Of a stretch of 64,000 bases of DNA, positions 41,988 through 52,520 are shown piece after piece. The DNA comes from an uncultured Acidobacteriota bacterium (GTDB taxonomy: Bacteria; Acidobacteriota; Thermoanaerobaculia; UBA5066), in contig CAVZYA010000001.1 in NCBI GenBank assembly GCA_963779415.1, positions 1,888,001 to 1,952,000 on the forward strand, written 5' to 3'. The position numbers were made by a program, and so were the translations under genes. The notes below the pieces were generated by a model. It saw nothing but the letters and a program-made list of their open reading frames with translations, did not search any database and was not told where the DNA came from. How positions within the stretch are numbered: position 1 is the first letter of the stretch; each line of letters begins with the position of its first letter.

Positions 41988-43726
41988 CGATCGGGCCGTG
42001 TCGCTCCGGGGATCCGGAACAGGTCGATCGAGTATCCCACGCGTCCGGCGGACGTCCCCCGCTCGCGGAGCTGGGAACGGAGCCGCGCGAGGCCGCGGGC
42101 ACCGACGACGTCGCCGTGGAAGGCGAGCGCCTCCGGCCCGCAGCAGAGGAGGAACGACGAGACGGCGTAGAGCCCGGGTGGAGCGTCCGGCCGCGCCGGA
42201 TCGAAGAGGCGGGCCCGGGGAAGCCGGTACGCCGGCTCGTCGCCGCCGAAGTACGCCACCGTGAGGCCGGCCTCCTCGCCGCGCCTCCGCATCTCGAGGC
42301 CGAGGCGCGTCAGGTCCTGTCCCCAGTCGAGATTCGAGTCGTTCAGCCACGCCTCGCCCCGTTCCGGCCCGCCGGCAAGAACGTTGAAGAACGACATCTC
42401 GTGCGGATGGACCCGCGCCACCTCGCCGAGCTCGAGACCGGCGCCGAGAAGGACGATCCCCGCCGCCGCGCGGGGTGCCGCGCGGAAGAGGGCGAGGACC
42501 GCCGCCGCGGCGAGAAGCGGAAAGACCGGCAGCATGTGCCGGATGCCGATGTTGTAGGAGGTCGCCATCCCGGAGACGAAGAGGTAGAGAGCCGGGAAGA
42601 GAAGGGCGGAGAGGACGAGGTCGAGGCGTACCCGCCCGAAGAGGATCAGCAGCCCGCCCGCGAGAAGAACGAGGAGAAACCCGACGGCCGACTTCACGCC
42701 GAAGGCAATGAAGAAGTAGTCCCAGAATCCCTCCGTCGAAAGCCGCCCGCGGAGGAAGTTCACCCCCCCGCCGGTCCGATTCTGGATCTCGACACCGGCG
42801 AGTCCCGCCGCGTAATGCCCGGCCGGCGGCACGAGCCGCGAGAGAGCCGCGAACCTCTCGACGGCGGGCGACGGGGCCTCGCGCGCGAGAAGAAACGCCC
42901 GGACCGCGCTCCCGGCGTCGCCGCGGCTCATGGAGCGCATGGCGACCGCATACGAGCCGAGGAGAACCGCCCCCGCGATGCCGAGGGCAAGGAGAAGGCC
43001 CCGGACCGGCCGGCCGTCGACCATCCGCCCCTCCCGCCGGGCCGAACGTCGACCGATGAGGGTTGCGACGAGCGCGAGAGCCGCGACGACGGGGACGAGG
43101 AGAATCGCGGAAAACTTCGCCGCGAGCGTGGCGCCGAGTGCGGTGCCCGCCGCCGCCCAGAGGAAAACCGACCGCCGCTCGATCGCGAGGAGCGCGAGAG
43201 CGATCGTCCCGAAGAACCCGAGCGAGGCGGCGAGGTCCGTGTGGACCACGGCGGCATGGGCGAGATGCGTCGGCTCGAAGGCAACGAGAGCCGCGGCGCC
43301 GAGGCCCGCGAGATCGCCCCCCCACCGCCGGACGGCGCCGGCCACGACGAGAATGAGCACGAGGAAGAGCCCGTAGAAGGGGCGGCGCGCGGCGTCGAGA
43401 AGCGCGTCCGGAGGGAGCGGATCGCCCGAGAAGAGCCAGGGGCGCGGCTGCTCGGACGTCGCGATGGAAAAAGGCCGCGGGATGCGAGGGGCCCGGGCCC
43501 CCGCGAGTCGGAGCGAGAGCCCCGCGAGGAGCTTGGCGAGCGGCGGGTGCTCGAGATTCGCGAAGTAGGTCCCGGAAATCGCGTACTCGGCCCCGGCCAT
43601 CGCGTGAAACGGCTCGTCCATCGTGGCGCTGTTTCCGCGCCCGGCGTCGTGGGCGAGAAGCGTCCCGGCCAGCGCGAGAGCGCCCGACACCGGCCAGAAG
43701 AGCGCCCGCCGCGGGCCGCTTTGCAC
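41984..43726 (-). CDS. GT39/ArnT-like lipid-carrier-dependent glycosyltransferase
   Basis: ATMDEPFH, EHPPLAK, DSNLDWGQD; many TM segments. Confidence 0.85.
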   Translation of the reverse strand: MQSGPRRALFWPVSGALALAGTLLAHDAGRGNSATMDEPFHAMAGAEYAISGTYFANLEHPPLAKLLAGLSLRLAGARAPRIPRPFSIATSEQPRPWLFSGDPLPPDALLDAARRPFYGLFLVLILVVAGAVRRWGGDLAGLGAAALVAFEPTHLAHAAVVHTDLAASLGFFGTIALALLAIERRSVFLWAAAGTALGATLAAKFSAILLVPVVAALALVATLIGRRSARREGRMVDGRPVRGLLLALGIAGAVLLGSYAVAMRSMSRGDAGSAVRAFLLAREAPSPAVERFAALSRLVPPAGHYAAGLAGVEIQNRTGGGVNFLRGRLSTEGFWDYFFIAFGVKSAVGFLLVLLAGGLLILFGRVRLDLVLSALLFPALYLFVSGMATSYNIGIRHMLPVFPLLAAAAVLALFRAAPRAAAGIVLLGAGLELGEVARVHPHEMSFFNVLAGGPERGEAWLNDSNLDWGQDLTRLGLEMRRRGEEAGLTVAYFGGDEPAYRLPRARLFDPARPDAPPGLYAVSSFLLCCGPEALAFHGDVVGARGLARLRSQLRERGTSAGRVGYSIDLFRIPGATRPDR

Positions 43727-43793
43727 CGCGCGATTCTAATCGGGCCCCGAGTTCCGGATCGACGGGCCCCGCGAGATCCGCCAGAATCGGGTA

Positions 43794-44537
43794 ATGCCGG
43801 TCGAGGGGAAGCGCGTCGCCGTCGTGATGCCCGCCTACAACGCCGAGAAGACGCTGCACAAGGCGTGGGACGAGATCCCGAAGGAATGGGTAGACGACAT
43901 CATCCTCGTGGACGACGGCTCCCGCGACCGGACCGTCGAGGTGGCGCGCGGAATCCCCGGCCTGACCGTCGTCGTCCACGAGAAGAACCGCGGCTACGGC
44001 GGAAACCAGAAGACCTGCTACCGGACGGCGCTCGAGCGAGGCGCCGACATCTGCGTGATGGTCCACCCCGATCACCAGTACGACGCTTCGGTCCTGCCGG
44101 AGCTGATCCAGCCGATCGCGAAGGGTTCCGTCGACGCCATGTTCGGGAGCCGGATGCTCGGCGGGCGCCCCCTCGAAGGGGGCATGCCGAAGTGGAAGTA
44201 CCTCGCGAACATCTTCCTGACCGCCATCGAGAACGCCACCTTCTACCTCTACCTGACGGAGTACCACTCGGGCCTCCGCGCCTACTCGCGCCGGTACCTC
44301 GAAAGCGTGAACCTCGCCGCCTTCTCGGACGACTTCGTCTTCGACACGGAGATCATCACGGCCGGAATCTGGAAGGGGATGCGGATCCGCGAGGTGCCGA
44401 TCGTGACGCGCTACTTCGAGGACGCCTCGCAGATCAACTTCTTCCGCTCCACGGTCTACGGCTTTTCGATCCTCGGCGTCATGCTGCGGTACAAGCTCCA
44501 GAAGTGGGGCACCCGGCAGGACGCCATCTTCCAATGA
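43794..44537 (+). CDS. GT2 (polyprenol-phosphate sugar synthase-like)
   Basis: VVMPAYN, VDDGSRD, NRGYGGNQK, HPDHQYD. Confidence 0.9.
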   Translation: MPVEGKRVAVVMPAYNAEKTLHKAWDEIPKEWVDDIILVDDGSRDRTVEVARGIPGLTVVVHEKNRGYGGNQKTCYRTALERGADICVMVHPDHQYDASVLPELIQPIAKGSVDAMFGSRMLGGRPLEGGMPKWKYLANIFLTAIENATFYLYLTEYHSGLRAYSRRYLESVNLAAFSDDFVFDTEIITAGIWKGMRIREVPIVTRYFEDASQINFFRSTVYGFSILGVMLRYKLQKWGTRQDAIFQ

Positions 44538-46825
44538 CGCCGGGCGCGGCGCTCCGGCGGCTTCTCTCCCCGGCGCCCCTCGCGGCCGCCCTCCTTCTGG
44601 TCGTCGCCGTTCTCCCGAACCTCGACCTCCTCTCCGGCCGCGCGTCGCCGTTCTACCGCGACCTCGGGACGACGCAACGCCCGGCCCGCGCTCTCTTCTC
44701 CACGCTCGGCGCGTCGGCCGTCGATCCGTACGCCTCGTTCGGCCAGCCCTACTGGGGCAACCCGAATCTCGTCCTCGCCTACCCTTTTCCCCGCTCCCCG
44801 CGCTTTCTCGGCCTCCACCTCCTGTTCCATCTCTTCCTCGCGACGGCGGGCGCCTTCCTCTTCCTCCGCCGCCTCGTCCGGGCAGAAGAGGCCGCCCTTC
44901 TCGGAGCCGCCGCCTTCGGCCTCTCGGGCTATGTCCTCTCGTCGACCGCCTTTCTGAACGCCGCGACGACGATCGCGTGGACGCCCTGGCTTCTCTTCTT
45001 CGTGGCGGCGGCGCGCGAATCGAGGGGACGGACCCTGGTCCGGTGCGGGTTCGGCGTGACCGCCACGACGGCCCTCCTCGTCCTCGGCGGCGAGCCGGCG
45101 CTCGCCGGGCTCTCCCTCCTCGTGGCGATCCTCTTCGCCGCCGCGTCGCCGCGCGCGGTCCGGCGGGGGACTCTCGCCGCCACGGCCGGTGGCGTGGTCG
45201 CGGCCGCTCTTCTACTCTCGCCGTGGCTCTATTCCGTCGCGAAAGCGAGCACCTTCTCCTCACGCCGGATGCGGGGGTTCTCGTTCAACGAATTCGCCGC
45301 CGTCGGGTTCCACCCGCTTCGGCTTCTCGAGACCCCGTTCCCGCTCTTTCTGGGCGACCCGTCGCGCCTCGTCTCGGGGGGGTTCTGGGGCTTCTCGGTC
45401 ACACAGGGGAACCCCCCCTATCTCGCGTCCCTCGGCTTCGGCGTCCTCCCTCTCTCGCTCGCGATTCTCTTCGTCGTCTCGGCCAAGCGGCACGAGGGAC
45501 GCTTCTGGATCGGCGCGGCCCTTCTCTCCCTTCTCGCGGCTCTCGTCCCGTGGCTTCCGGGCGCACCGGCGGTCTATGCCGCGCTCCCGGTCCTCCACGT
45601 CGTCCGCTATCCGGTGAAGGCGATCTTCGTCCTCACGCTCTCCGTCTCGGTCCTCGCGGCCCTCGCGACGGACCGCCTTCTGATCCTCGGCTCGCTCCCG
45701 CGCTTCCGGGCGAGAGCTGCCATCGCCCTCGGAGGGCTCGCGGCGCTCTCTGCCGCGGCCTCGCTCGCCCTCCGCCTCTCCCCCGATCTCGGACGCTCTC
45801 TCCTGATGCGGCTCTGGGACCCGTCGTGGGTCTCGAGCCCCGATGTCGTTCTCGGCCCCGTTCTCCGGCGGCTCCCGGTCCAGGCGGCCCTCACCGCCGC
45901 CGTTCTTCTCCTCCTCGCGATCCTCGTCCGCCGGACGGCGTCGGACTCACGCGCCCGCCTCTTTCTCCTCGTCGCCGTCGGCGCGGAACTCCTCCTTCCC
46001 GCCGGGAGCCTCCTGCCGCGCATTCCGTCCGCGTGGCTCGAAACGAGGTATCCGCTCGTCTCCCGCGCCGCCGCCATTCCGGGGCGCGTTTTCGAGCGCG
46101 CCCCGAAGGACCTCGACCCGGTCCGCCGCGGCCTTTTCGGCGTCGCCTTCGCCGACGACCTGACCGACATCGCCCGCGCCCAGCTCCGTCAGGGGTGGGC
46201 GCTCACGGGCGCGCCTCAGGGACTCCGGTACGCCTACGACCAGGACCCGGACGGAAGCTATTCGTACCTCGACCGGATGGCCCAGGCCGTCCTCTCGGTC
46301 CGGAGCTGGAGTGGCAAGCTGAAATGGCTCCGGTCGGCCGGCGTCGGAAGCGTCATCGCGGGAGACGTTCCTCCGGAGACGCCGGGCCTCGCCCCCGTCT
46401 TCACGGACGGCGAGGCGGGGATCCCGGCGACGCTCTTCCGGCTGACGGAGCCGCTTCCGGGGATCCGGCGCTGCCCGCGCGTCCTCGCGGCCGACTCCGT
46501 CACGCGGACGGTCGTCCTCTTCGAGGACCCTTCCTTCGACCCGAAGGTGGCGGTCGTCGTTGCGGGACGGAGCGCGGCCTCTCTCGCCGCCGAGCGCGAG
46601 GACCCGCTCGCGCGCGCCCGCGTCGTCGCCGAAACGCCGGAGGTCCTCGTCGTGGAGACGTCGGGCAGCCTGCCGGGCGTCCTGCACGTCGACCGGACCT
46701 ACACGCCGCTCGTCCGGGCGACGGTGAACCGGCGTCCGGTCGTCCCCGTCGTCGCGAACCTCCACCTCGTCGGCATTCCGGTCCCCGCCGGCCTCGCGCA
46801 GGTCGTCGTCGAGATCGCGCCCTGA
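44534..46825 (+). CDS. YfhO-like GT-C membrane protein
   Basis: FYRDLG, GQPYWGNPN, VRYPVKA, GIPVPAG; ATGA overlap. Confidence 0.8.
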   Translation: MTPGAALRRLLSPAPLAAALLLVVAVLPNLDLLSGRASPFYRDLGTTQRPARALFSTLGASAVDPYASFGQPYWGNPNLVLAYPFPRSPRFLGLHLLFHLFLATAGAFLFLRRLVRAEEAALLGAAAFGLSGYVLSSTAFLNAATTIAWTPWLLFFVAAARESRGRTLVRCGFGVTATTALLVLGGEPALAGLSLLVAILFAAASPRAVRRGTLAATAGGVVAAALLLSPWLYSVAKASTFSSRRMRGFSFNEFAAVGFHPLRLLETPFPLFLGDPSRLVSGGFWGFSVTQGNPPYLASLGFGVLPLSLAILFVVSAKRHEGRFWIGAALLSLLAALVPWLPGAPAVYAALPVLHVVRYPVKAIFVLTLSVSVLAALATDRLLILGSLPRFRARAAIALGGLAALSAAASLALRLSPDLGRSLLMRLWDPSWVSSPDVVLGPVLRRLPVQAALTAAVLLLLAILVRRTASDSRARLFLLVAVGAELLLPAGSLLPRIPSAWLETRYPLVSRAAAIPGRVFERAPKDLDPVRRGLFGVAFADDLTDIARAQLRQGWALTGAPQGLRYAYDQDPDGSYSYLDRMAQAVLSVRSWSGKLKWLRSAGVGSVIAGDVPPETPGLAPVFTDGEAGIPATLFRLTEPLPGIRRCPRVLAADSVTRTVVLFEDPSFDPKVAVVVAGRSAASLAAEREDPLARARVVAETPEVLVVETSGSLPGVLHVDRTYTPLVRATVNRRPVVPVVANLHLVGIPVPAGLAQVVVEIAP

Positions 46826-46840
46826 CCCCCCAAAGGTCCG

Positions 46841-47299
46841 CTACCAGCGGTGGAAGGCCGGGTGTCCCTCCTTCACGGAGACGAAGGTGCCGCGGCAGGT
46901 CGCCGTCACCTTTCCGTCCGCCTCGATCTCCGCCTCGACGACGGCGCGGTCCTCTCCCGACTCGACGACACGCGCGCGAATCCGGAGCGGAGCGCCGAGG
47001 GGCGTCGGCTTCTTGAGCCGGACGTGGAAGTCGGCGGTCACCGTGCAGGGAAGCGCGCTTTCTCCCGCCTTTTTCATCAGATGGACCGCCGCCGCCCAGT
47101 TGCTGTGGCAGTCGAGGAGGGTCCCGCAAATTCCGCCGTTCAAAATCCCGTCGAACGCGAGGTGGTGCGGCTCGGGCGTCCAATCGGCGACGAGCTCGTC
47201 CCCCCTCTCGAAGCTCCGGATGTGCAACCCCTTCTCGTTCGCCGGGCCGCAGCCGAAACAGCGGTTCTCCGGCGCGAGCGTCTCCTGAAGGCTCTTCAT
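46841..47299 (-). CDS. PaaI-family hot-dog thioesterase
   Basis: CFGCGPANEKGL, LNGGICGTLLDCH. Confidence 0.87.
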   Translation of the reverse strand: MKSLQETLAPENRCFGCGPANEKGLHIRSFERGDELVADWTPEPHHLAFDGILNGGICGTLLDCHSNWAAAVHLMKKAGESALPCTVTADFHVRLKKPTPLGAPLRIRARVVESGEDRAVVEAEIEADGKVTATCRGTFVSVKEGHPAFHRW

Positions 47300-48312
47300 C
47301 GATCGCTTCCCGTCTTCCGTGCCGGAATCGCCTGCGGCGTCACGGCGCGCCAGCTCTCGCCCTTGTTTCCCGACCGGAAGACGCCTCCCGCCTCCGTCGT
47401 GACGTAGAGGACGTCGACCCGCCCCGGCGCGAAGGCGGCCTCGAGGACGAGGGTCCCGTCGGGCGAAACGTTCGTGGACCAGCCCCTCGCGCCGTCGAGC
47501 GTCCGGTAGAAGCCCTTCGTCATCCCCGCGGCCGCCTGCTCGCCCCCCTCCGACTGCGCCTGAACGGAGACGAGAAGGTACTTCTCGCTCGACGGATCCG
47601 GCACCCAGAGGCTGCGAAGGAGCGTCGGAGATCCCGAGACCGGCTTCCACGACGTCCCTCCGTCCGTGCTCCGGAAGAGCCCTTTCCGGTTCGCCGCGAG
47701 CGCGACCGGCGGGTCGCCGATGCCCCATGCGACCGAGCCGTAGTCGAACTCGGGAGCGGCCGGGACGCGCCGCCAGGTCTCGCCGCCGTCGTCGCTCCGG
47801 TGGAGGAGCCCGGGCGAGACGAGGACGACCTGGTTCGGAACGCGCGGGCTCGTCCGGATACGGAAGAGGTGGAAGGCGCGGCCCGGGACGCCGGCGCTCC
47901 GAAAGCTCTTTCCGCCGTCGACGCTCCGGAAGACGCCCGCCTCCCCGACGGCGAAGAGCGCGGATCCCGCGGACGCGACGTCGATGACCGGACCGGCCGG
48001 GGAGCCCACGGGCCGGGTGAACGTCCGGCCTCCGTCGTCGCTCCGGAGAAGGCCGTCGTCGGTCCCGAGGAGGAAAACGCCCCCTTCGGAGAAGGCGATA
48101 CCGGCGACGGTGCGCGGGCTCGCCGGAAGGGCCCGCCATGTCTCTCCGGAATCCCGGGAGGCAAACAGCCCGGTCCCCTCGATCCAGACGACGACGTGTT
48201 GCGGCTCCTTCGGATCGACGCCGAGAGCGAGACGCGGCGGCGCGGCGGCAGCGCGTGCCGCGAGCACGCCTGCGAGAAACGCTCCTGCGAGCGCGAAGAC
48301 GGTTCTTCTCAT
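47296..48312 (-). CDS. Secreted BNR/Asp-box repeat beta-propeller protein
   Basis: Repeated S-x-D-G-G-x-T/S-W/F; signal peptide. Confidence 0.82.
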   Translation of the reverse strand: MRRTVFALAGAFLAGVLAARAAAAPPRLALGVDPKEPQHVVVWIEGTGLFASRDSGETWRALPASPRTVAGIAFSEGGVFLLGTDDGLLRSDDGGRTFTRPVGSPAGPVIDVASAGSALFAVGEAGVFRSVDGGKSFRSAGVPGRAFHLFRIRTSPRVPNQVVLVSPGLLHRSDDGGETWRRVPAAPEFDYGSVAWGIGDPPVALAANRKGLFRSTDGGTSWKPVSGSPTLLRSLWVPDPSSEKYLLVSVQAQSEGGEQAAAGMTKGFYRTLDGARGWSTNVSPDGTLVLEAAFAPGRVDVLYVTTEAGGVFRSGNKGESWRAVTPQAIPARKTGSDR

Positions 48313-49265
48313 GCTCCCTCTCCTCCGGTGGCGACGGCCGTCGCCCGCCCCGGTATGGACCTGAAGTTCAGACGCTTCGCCGGCAGCGTTCCCGCAGACG
48401 GAAGCGTCCTGCAAAGTTCTTCGAAGGTGAGAAATCGGACTCCCCCGCTCTTCCACGCGGCGAGCAGCCTGGCGAAGGGCGCGAGAAAAGCGGGTCCCCC
48501 TTCGATCTCCGTGTGAACGGAGTGGACGTCGAACGGCTCCACCGCCGCATCCGCCGCCGCGTGCGCTCTCTCTTCCATTCTCATTCGAAGAACTTCGCAG
48601 GCCCTCTCCGCCTGCGATCCTGCACCCGGCAAAGGGAGGGCCAGCAGCTCGTCGAGCGTCGGAAGCGTCGAAGGAATCTCGAGGATCTTCGAGGGGGTCC
48701 CGTCGGGCCGCAGCGGGTGAAACGGCCCGCCGCCGCGAGAATCCGACGAGATTTCGATCCCGTTCGCCTCGTACGCCTCGACGGAGAGAGGGGTCGCCGT
48801 CCAGCCGGGGGCGCCCGCCACGCGGGCCCGCTCCCCGAAGATCTCCTCGAAGCGAGATCCGGCGCGAGCGAACGTGGCAAAGACCTCCTCGCGAGCCATG
48901 GACGGCAGCCGGTCGTGCCAGTCGACGTGGTCCCAGGCGTGGATCCCGCACTCGTGGCCGGCCGACTTCACCTCGCGCATCCGGCGAACGGCTTCCGGCT
49001 TCGCCCCGATGTCCGGGGCCGGGAGGAGTGTCCCGTAGAGCATCGTCGCGAATCCGTACGACGAGGCCGGGCTCGCGGAGAAGACCTTCTTCACGAACCC
49101 CTTCCTAAAGACGCGCTTTGCGGCCTTCCCCGTGTTGTCCGGTCCCAGCGAAAAGAGGAACGTCGCCCGGATCCCCTCCTTTTCGAAGAGATCGAGGAGG
49201 CGCGGCACCCCTTCGAGCGTCCCGCGGTACGTGTCGACGTCGACCTTGAGGACGAGGGTGCTCAC
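48309..49265 (-). CDS. arnD: Undecaprenyl-P-L-Ara4FN deformylase
   Basis: LKVDVDTYRGT, FSLGPDNTG, HAWDH, PTLDEL; arn context. Confidence 0.88.
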   Translation of the reverse strand: MSTLVLKVDVDTYRGTLEGVPRLLDLFEKEGIRATFLFSLGPDNTGKAAKRVFRKGFVKKVFSASPASSYGFATMLYGTLLPAPDIGAKPEAVRRMREVKSAGHECGIHAWDHVDWHDRLPSMAREEVFATFARAGSRFEEIFGERARVAGAPGWTATPLSVEAYEANGIEISSDSRGGGPFHPLRPDGTPSKILEIPSTLPTLDELLALPLPGAGSQAERACEVLRMRMEERAHAAADAAVEPFDVHSVHTEIEGGPAFLAPFARLLAAWKSGGVRFLTFEELCRTLPSAGTLPAKRLNFRSIPGRATAVATGGEGA

Positions 49266-50434
49266 CGGTCCTCCCCTTGCTCGAACAAGGCGAGGTACGG
49301 CTGGTAGGCGAAGACGCGGTTCCGGCGCCGTCCAGTCGTCTCGACGAGCAGTCGGTGCTTCTCGAGCGCTTCGACGAGAGCGTTCGCATTCGGAAACGAG
49401 ATCCCGGTGATCTCGGCGACCTGCTTCACCGAGACGATTGGCCGGAAGTAGAGCGTCTCCAGGAGAGCGAGGGCGTTGCCGGCCCCGCGGCCCGTCTTCG
49501 ATGTCAGGAGAATTCTGTGACGTTCGCGAAGATCGACGATCTTTCTTGCCGTCTGAGTCGCTTCGATCGATACGCTGGCGACGCCCCGAAAAAAGAACTT
49601 CAGCCAGCTCTCCCAGTCGCCTCGGTCCCTGACGGCCTGAAGGCGGTCGTAGTACTCGGTTCGACGAGCCTTCAGGTAATGGGAGAGATACAGGAGCGGC
49701 CTCCGGAGTACCTTCTTCTCGCAGAGCAGAAAGGTGATGAGGAGACGTCCGACTCGGCCGTTCCCGTCGATGAACGGGTGAATCGTCTCGAATTGGGCGT
49801 GTGCCAGGCCGACCTTCAGGAGCGGAGGCATCGGAGATTCGTCGTGAAGGAACCTCTCCAGGCTTGCAAGAGCGTCGAGCATGACTCTCGGTGGTGGCGG
49901 AATGAAGCTGGCCCGTTCGATCGGCGAATTCTCGGGGCCAATCCAGTTCTGCCGCGTCCGGAACTCACCGGGTCGCCTGTCGCCACCGCGGACTCCTTTC
50001 AGGAGAGTCCCGTGGATCTCCCGAATCAGCCGAAGGCTGACAGGAAGTGTTACGAGGCGCTGAAGGCCCTGGTTCATCGCGGCGACGTAGTTCACGACCT
50101 CGGGAACGTCTCCTGGGTGATCGGCCTTCTGAGCCTTCGCTTCGAACTCAAGGAGATCCATCAATGAGGCCTGGGTCCCCTCGATCTGGCTCGAGAGAAC
50201 CGCCTCTTTTCGCACGTACATGAAGACGAAGAGATCGGGGTTCGGAAGGGTCTCGGTTGCTCCGTCGAGCCGGCCGAGAGCACGGTCGGCGTCGGAGAGG
50301 AGCATCTGCAGCTCGTCGTCCATCCGGACAGGAGAGATAGGGGGCAAATCAGCCGGAATGAATGCCTTATAGCCCTGGAGCTGGCGGGTGTAGCGGCCGG
50401 CTCGGCCGATTTCCTTGTCTTCGGTAGCAGTCAT
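49262..50434 (-). CDS. Fic family protein (N-terminal inhibitory motif, C-terminal HTH)
   Basis: SSQIEG; HPFIDGNGRVGR. Confidence 0.92.
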   Translation of the reverse strand: MTATEDKEIGRAGRYTRQLQGYKAFIPADLPPISPVRMDDELQMLLSDADRALGRLDGATETLPNPDLFVFMYVRKEAVLSSQIEGTQASLMDLLEFEAKAQKADHPGDVPEVVNYVAAMNQGLQRLVTLPVSLRLIREIHGTLLKGVRGGDRRPGEFRTRQNWIGPENSPIERASFIPPPPRVMLDALASLERFLHDESPMPPLLKVGLAHAQFETIHPFIDGNGRVGRLLITFLLCEKKVLRRPLLYLSHYLKARRTEYYDRLQAVRDRGDWESWLKFFFRGVASVSIEATQTARKIVDLRERHRILLTSKTGRGAGNALALLETLYFRPIVSVKQVAEITGISFPNANALVEALEKHRLLVETTGRRRNRVFAYQPYLALFEQGEDR

Positions 50435-50569
50435 GAGGCCTCCGCCGGGTCACCGTTATTTCTGTTCGGCGGCTCCTTACGATAACAAGTATTCCGGTGT
50501 TTTCGGAAGCGAAATGAACGGAATGGAGCCGCCCCGGCCAGGGACGGGTCCCATCGGCGCGTCGAGCGC

Positions 50570-51601
50570 TCACACCTCGGGGGGCTTGCGGCTCTTCAGG
50601 TAGAAGTCGAGCGTCTTCTTGAGCCCGGACGAAAAGTCGGTCGTCGGCTTCCAGCCGAGAAGCCGCTCGGCCTTCCTGATGGACGGGACGCGGGTTGTTA
50701 TGTCCTGGTAGTTCTCGCCGTAGTACTCCTTCGCCGAGACGGTGACGATCTTCACCTTTTTCGCGAGAGGCGCGAACTTCGGATAGCGCGCCACGGCGTC
50801 GACGAGAAGGTGGGCGAGCTCGTGGATCGACAGATCGCCGCCGGGGTTCCCGATGTTGAAGATCTCGCCGTCGGCCTTCCCCCCTTCGTTCACGAGGATT
50901 TTCATCAGGCCGTCGATCCCGTCTTCCACGAAGGTGAAGCAGCGGCGCTGCTGGCCGCCGTCCACGAGCTTGATCGGCTTGGCGTAGAGGATGTTGTGGA
51001 GGAACTGCGTCAGGACGCGGCTGGAGCCCTCCTTCGGCGCGTCGACGTCGTCGAGGTGCGGGCCGTACCAGTTGAACGGCCGGAAGAGGGTGAACTTCAG
51101 GCCCTGCGCGTGTCCCATCGCCCAGATGACCCGGTCGAGGAGCTGCTTCGACGAGGAATAGATCCAGCGCTCCTTCCGGATCGGCCCGTAGACGAGGGGC
51201 GAGGAGTCCTCGTCGAACTCCCCGTCGGGACACATCCCGTAGACCTCCGACGTGGAGGGGAAGACGACCCGCGTGGCGTACTTCGCGGCCATCCTGACGA
51301 TCCGGAGGTTTTCCTCGAAGTCCAGCTCGAAGACGGAGAGCGGGGCCTTCACGTAGGCCGAGGGGGTCGCGATGGCGACGAGCGGAAGGACGACGTCGGC
51401 TTTCTTGACGTGGTACTCGATCCACTCCCGGTTGATCGCGACGTCCCCTTCGAGAAAGCGGAAGCGCTTCTCGGTGAGGAACTCGGCGATCCGGTCGCTC
51501 CCGACGTCGAGGCCGAAGACCTCCCAGTCGGTGGTGGTGAGGATGCGCCGCGTGAGCGCATTGCCGATGAATCCGTTGACGCCGAGGATCAGGACGCGCA
51601 T
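50570..51601 (-). CDS. arnA: UDP-glucuronate oxidase/decarboxylase (stand-alone ArnA C-terminal domain)
   Basis: LILGVNGFIG, LVAIATP, FPSTSEVYG, RWIYSSSKQLLDRVI. Confidence 0.92.
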   Translation of the reverse strand: MRVLILGVNGFIGNALTRRILTTTDWEVFGLDVGSDRIAEFLTEKRFRFLEGDVAINREWIEYHVKKADVVLPLVAIATPSAYVKAPLSVFELDFEENLRIVRMAAKYATRVVFPSTSEVYGMCPDGEFDEDSSPLVYGPIRKERWIYSSSKQLLDRVIWAMGHAQGLKFTLFRPFNWYGPHLDDVDAPKEGSSRVLTQFLHNILYAKPIKLVDGGQQRRCFTFVEDGIDGLMKILVNEGGKADGEIFNIGNPGGDLSIHELAHLLVDAVARYPKFAPLAKKVKIVTVSAKEYYGENYQDITTRVPSIRKAERLLGWKPTTDFSSGLKKTLDFYLKSRKPPEV

Positions 51602-51602
51602 G

Positions 51603-52520
51603 TCAGCTCCGCCGAAGCAGCCAGTCGCAGAAGGCCGCCCCGTCGAGGTCTTTCTCCCCCTCGGGCCGCGCGAGGAGGATCTCGACGGGATGGTCGTCTC
51701 CGGCGAAGACGAGGACCGAGTTCTCGGTCGTCTCGATCTTCCCCGGGAAGGTGTCGTGACCGCCGTGGGGCGAGAGGCGCGTCTTCCAGACCGTCACTCT
51801 GGGGCCGAAGAGGTCGGTGAAGGCGCCGGGCCAGGGGCGCGCCACGGCACGGACGAGATCGTGGATCTCCCGCGCGGGGCGGTCCCAGTCGATCCGCCCG
51901 TCCTCCGGCTTCCGGCCGCCGAAGTAGCTTCCCTTCGAGAGATCGAGCGGAATGCCTGGAGCCGTCCCCGCTTTCAGCTTCGGCCAGGAGCGCGCGAGAA
52001 CCGTGACGGCGGCGTCCCCGACGCGGCGCGCCACCGTGAGCGCGTCGTCGTCGGGGCCGATCGGGACGCGTTCCTGGTCGACGAGGTTTCCCGCGTCGGG
52101 CTTCTCCACCATGTAGTGGAGCGAGGCGCCCGTGAGGGTCGCTCCCTTCAGGATCGCCCAGTTGATCGGCGCGCGCCCCCGGAAGTGCGGCAGGAGCGAG
52201 CCGTGCATGTTGAGGGCGCCCTTCGCGGGAATCGCGAGGACGGAGGCCGGAATCATCTTCCGGAAGTAGAAGGAGAAGAGGAAGTCGGGGGCGAGGGCCT
52301 TCAGGCGGACGACCTCGGTCGGGTCGTCGAGATCGGAGACGACGTGGACCGGCACGCCGCGAGAAGCTCCGAGGTCGGCGAGCGACTCCCACCAGCGCTC
52401 CTCCAGAGGGTTGTCAGGGTGCGTGTAGAGGAGCAGAACCTTCTCACCGGCGTCGAGGAGCCACTTCGTGCACCGGTATCCCACGTCGGAGTACCCGGCG
52501 ATGACGATGCCCGGCATCAC
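51603..52520 (-). CDS. arnA: UDP-L-Ara4N formyltransferase (stand-alone ArnA N-terminal domain)
   Basis: FSFYFR, NMHGSLLPHFRGRAPINWA, PWPGAF. Confidence 0.88.
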   Translation of the reverse strand: MMPGIVIAGYSDVGYRCTKWLLDAGEKVLLLYTHPDNPLEERWWESLADLGASRGVPVHVVSDLDDPTEVVRLKALAPDFLFSFYFRKMIPASVLAIPAKGALNMHGSLLPHFRGRAPINWAILKGATLTGASLHYMVEKPDAGNLVDQERVPIGPDDDALTVARRVGDAAVTVLARSWPKLKAGTAPGIPLDLSKGSYFGGRKPEDGRIDWDRPAREIHDLVRAVARPWPGAFTDLFGPRVTVWKTRLSPHGGHDTFPGKIETTENSVLVFAGDDHPVEILLARPEGEKDLDGAAFCDWLLRRS

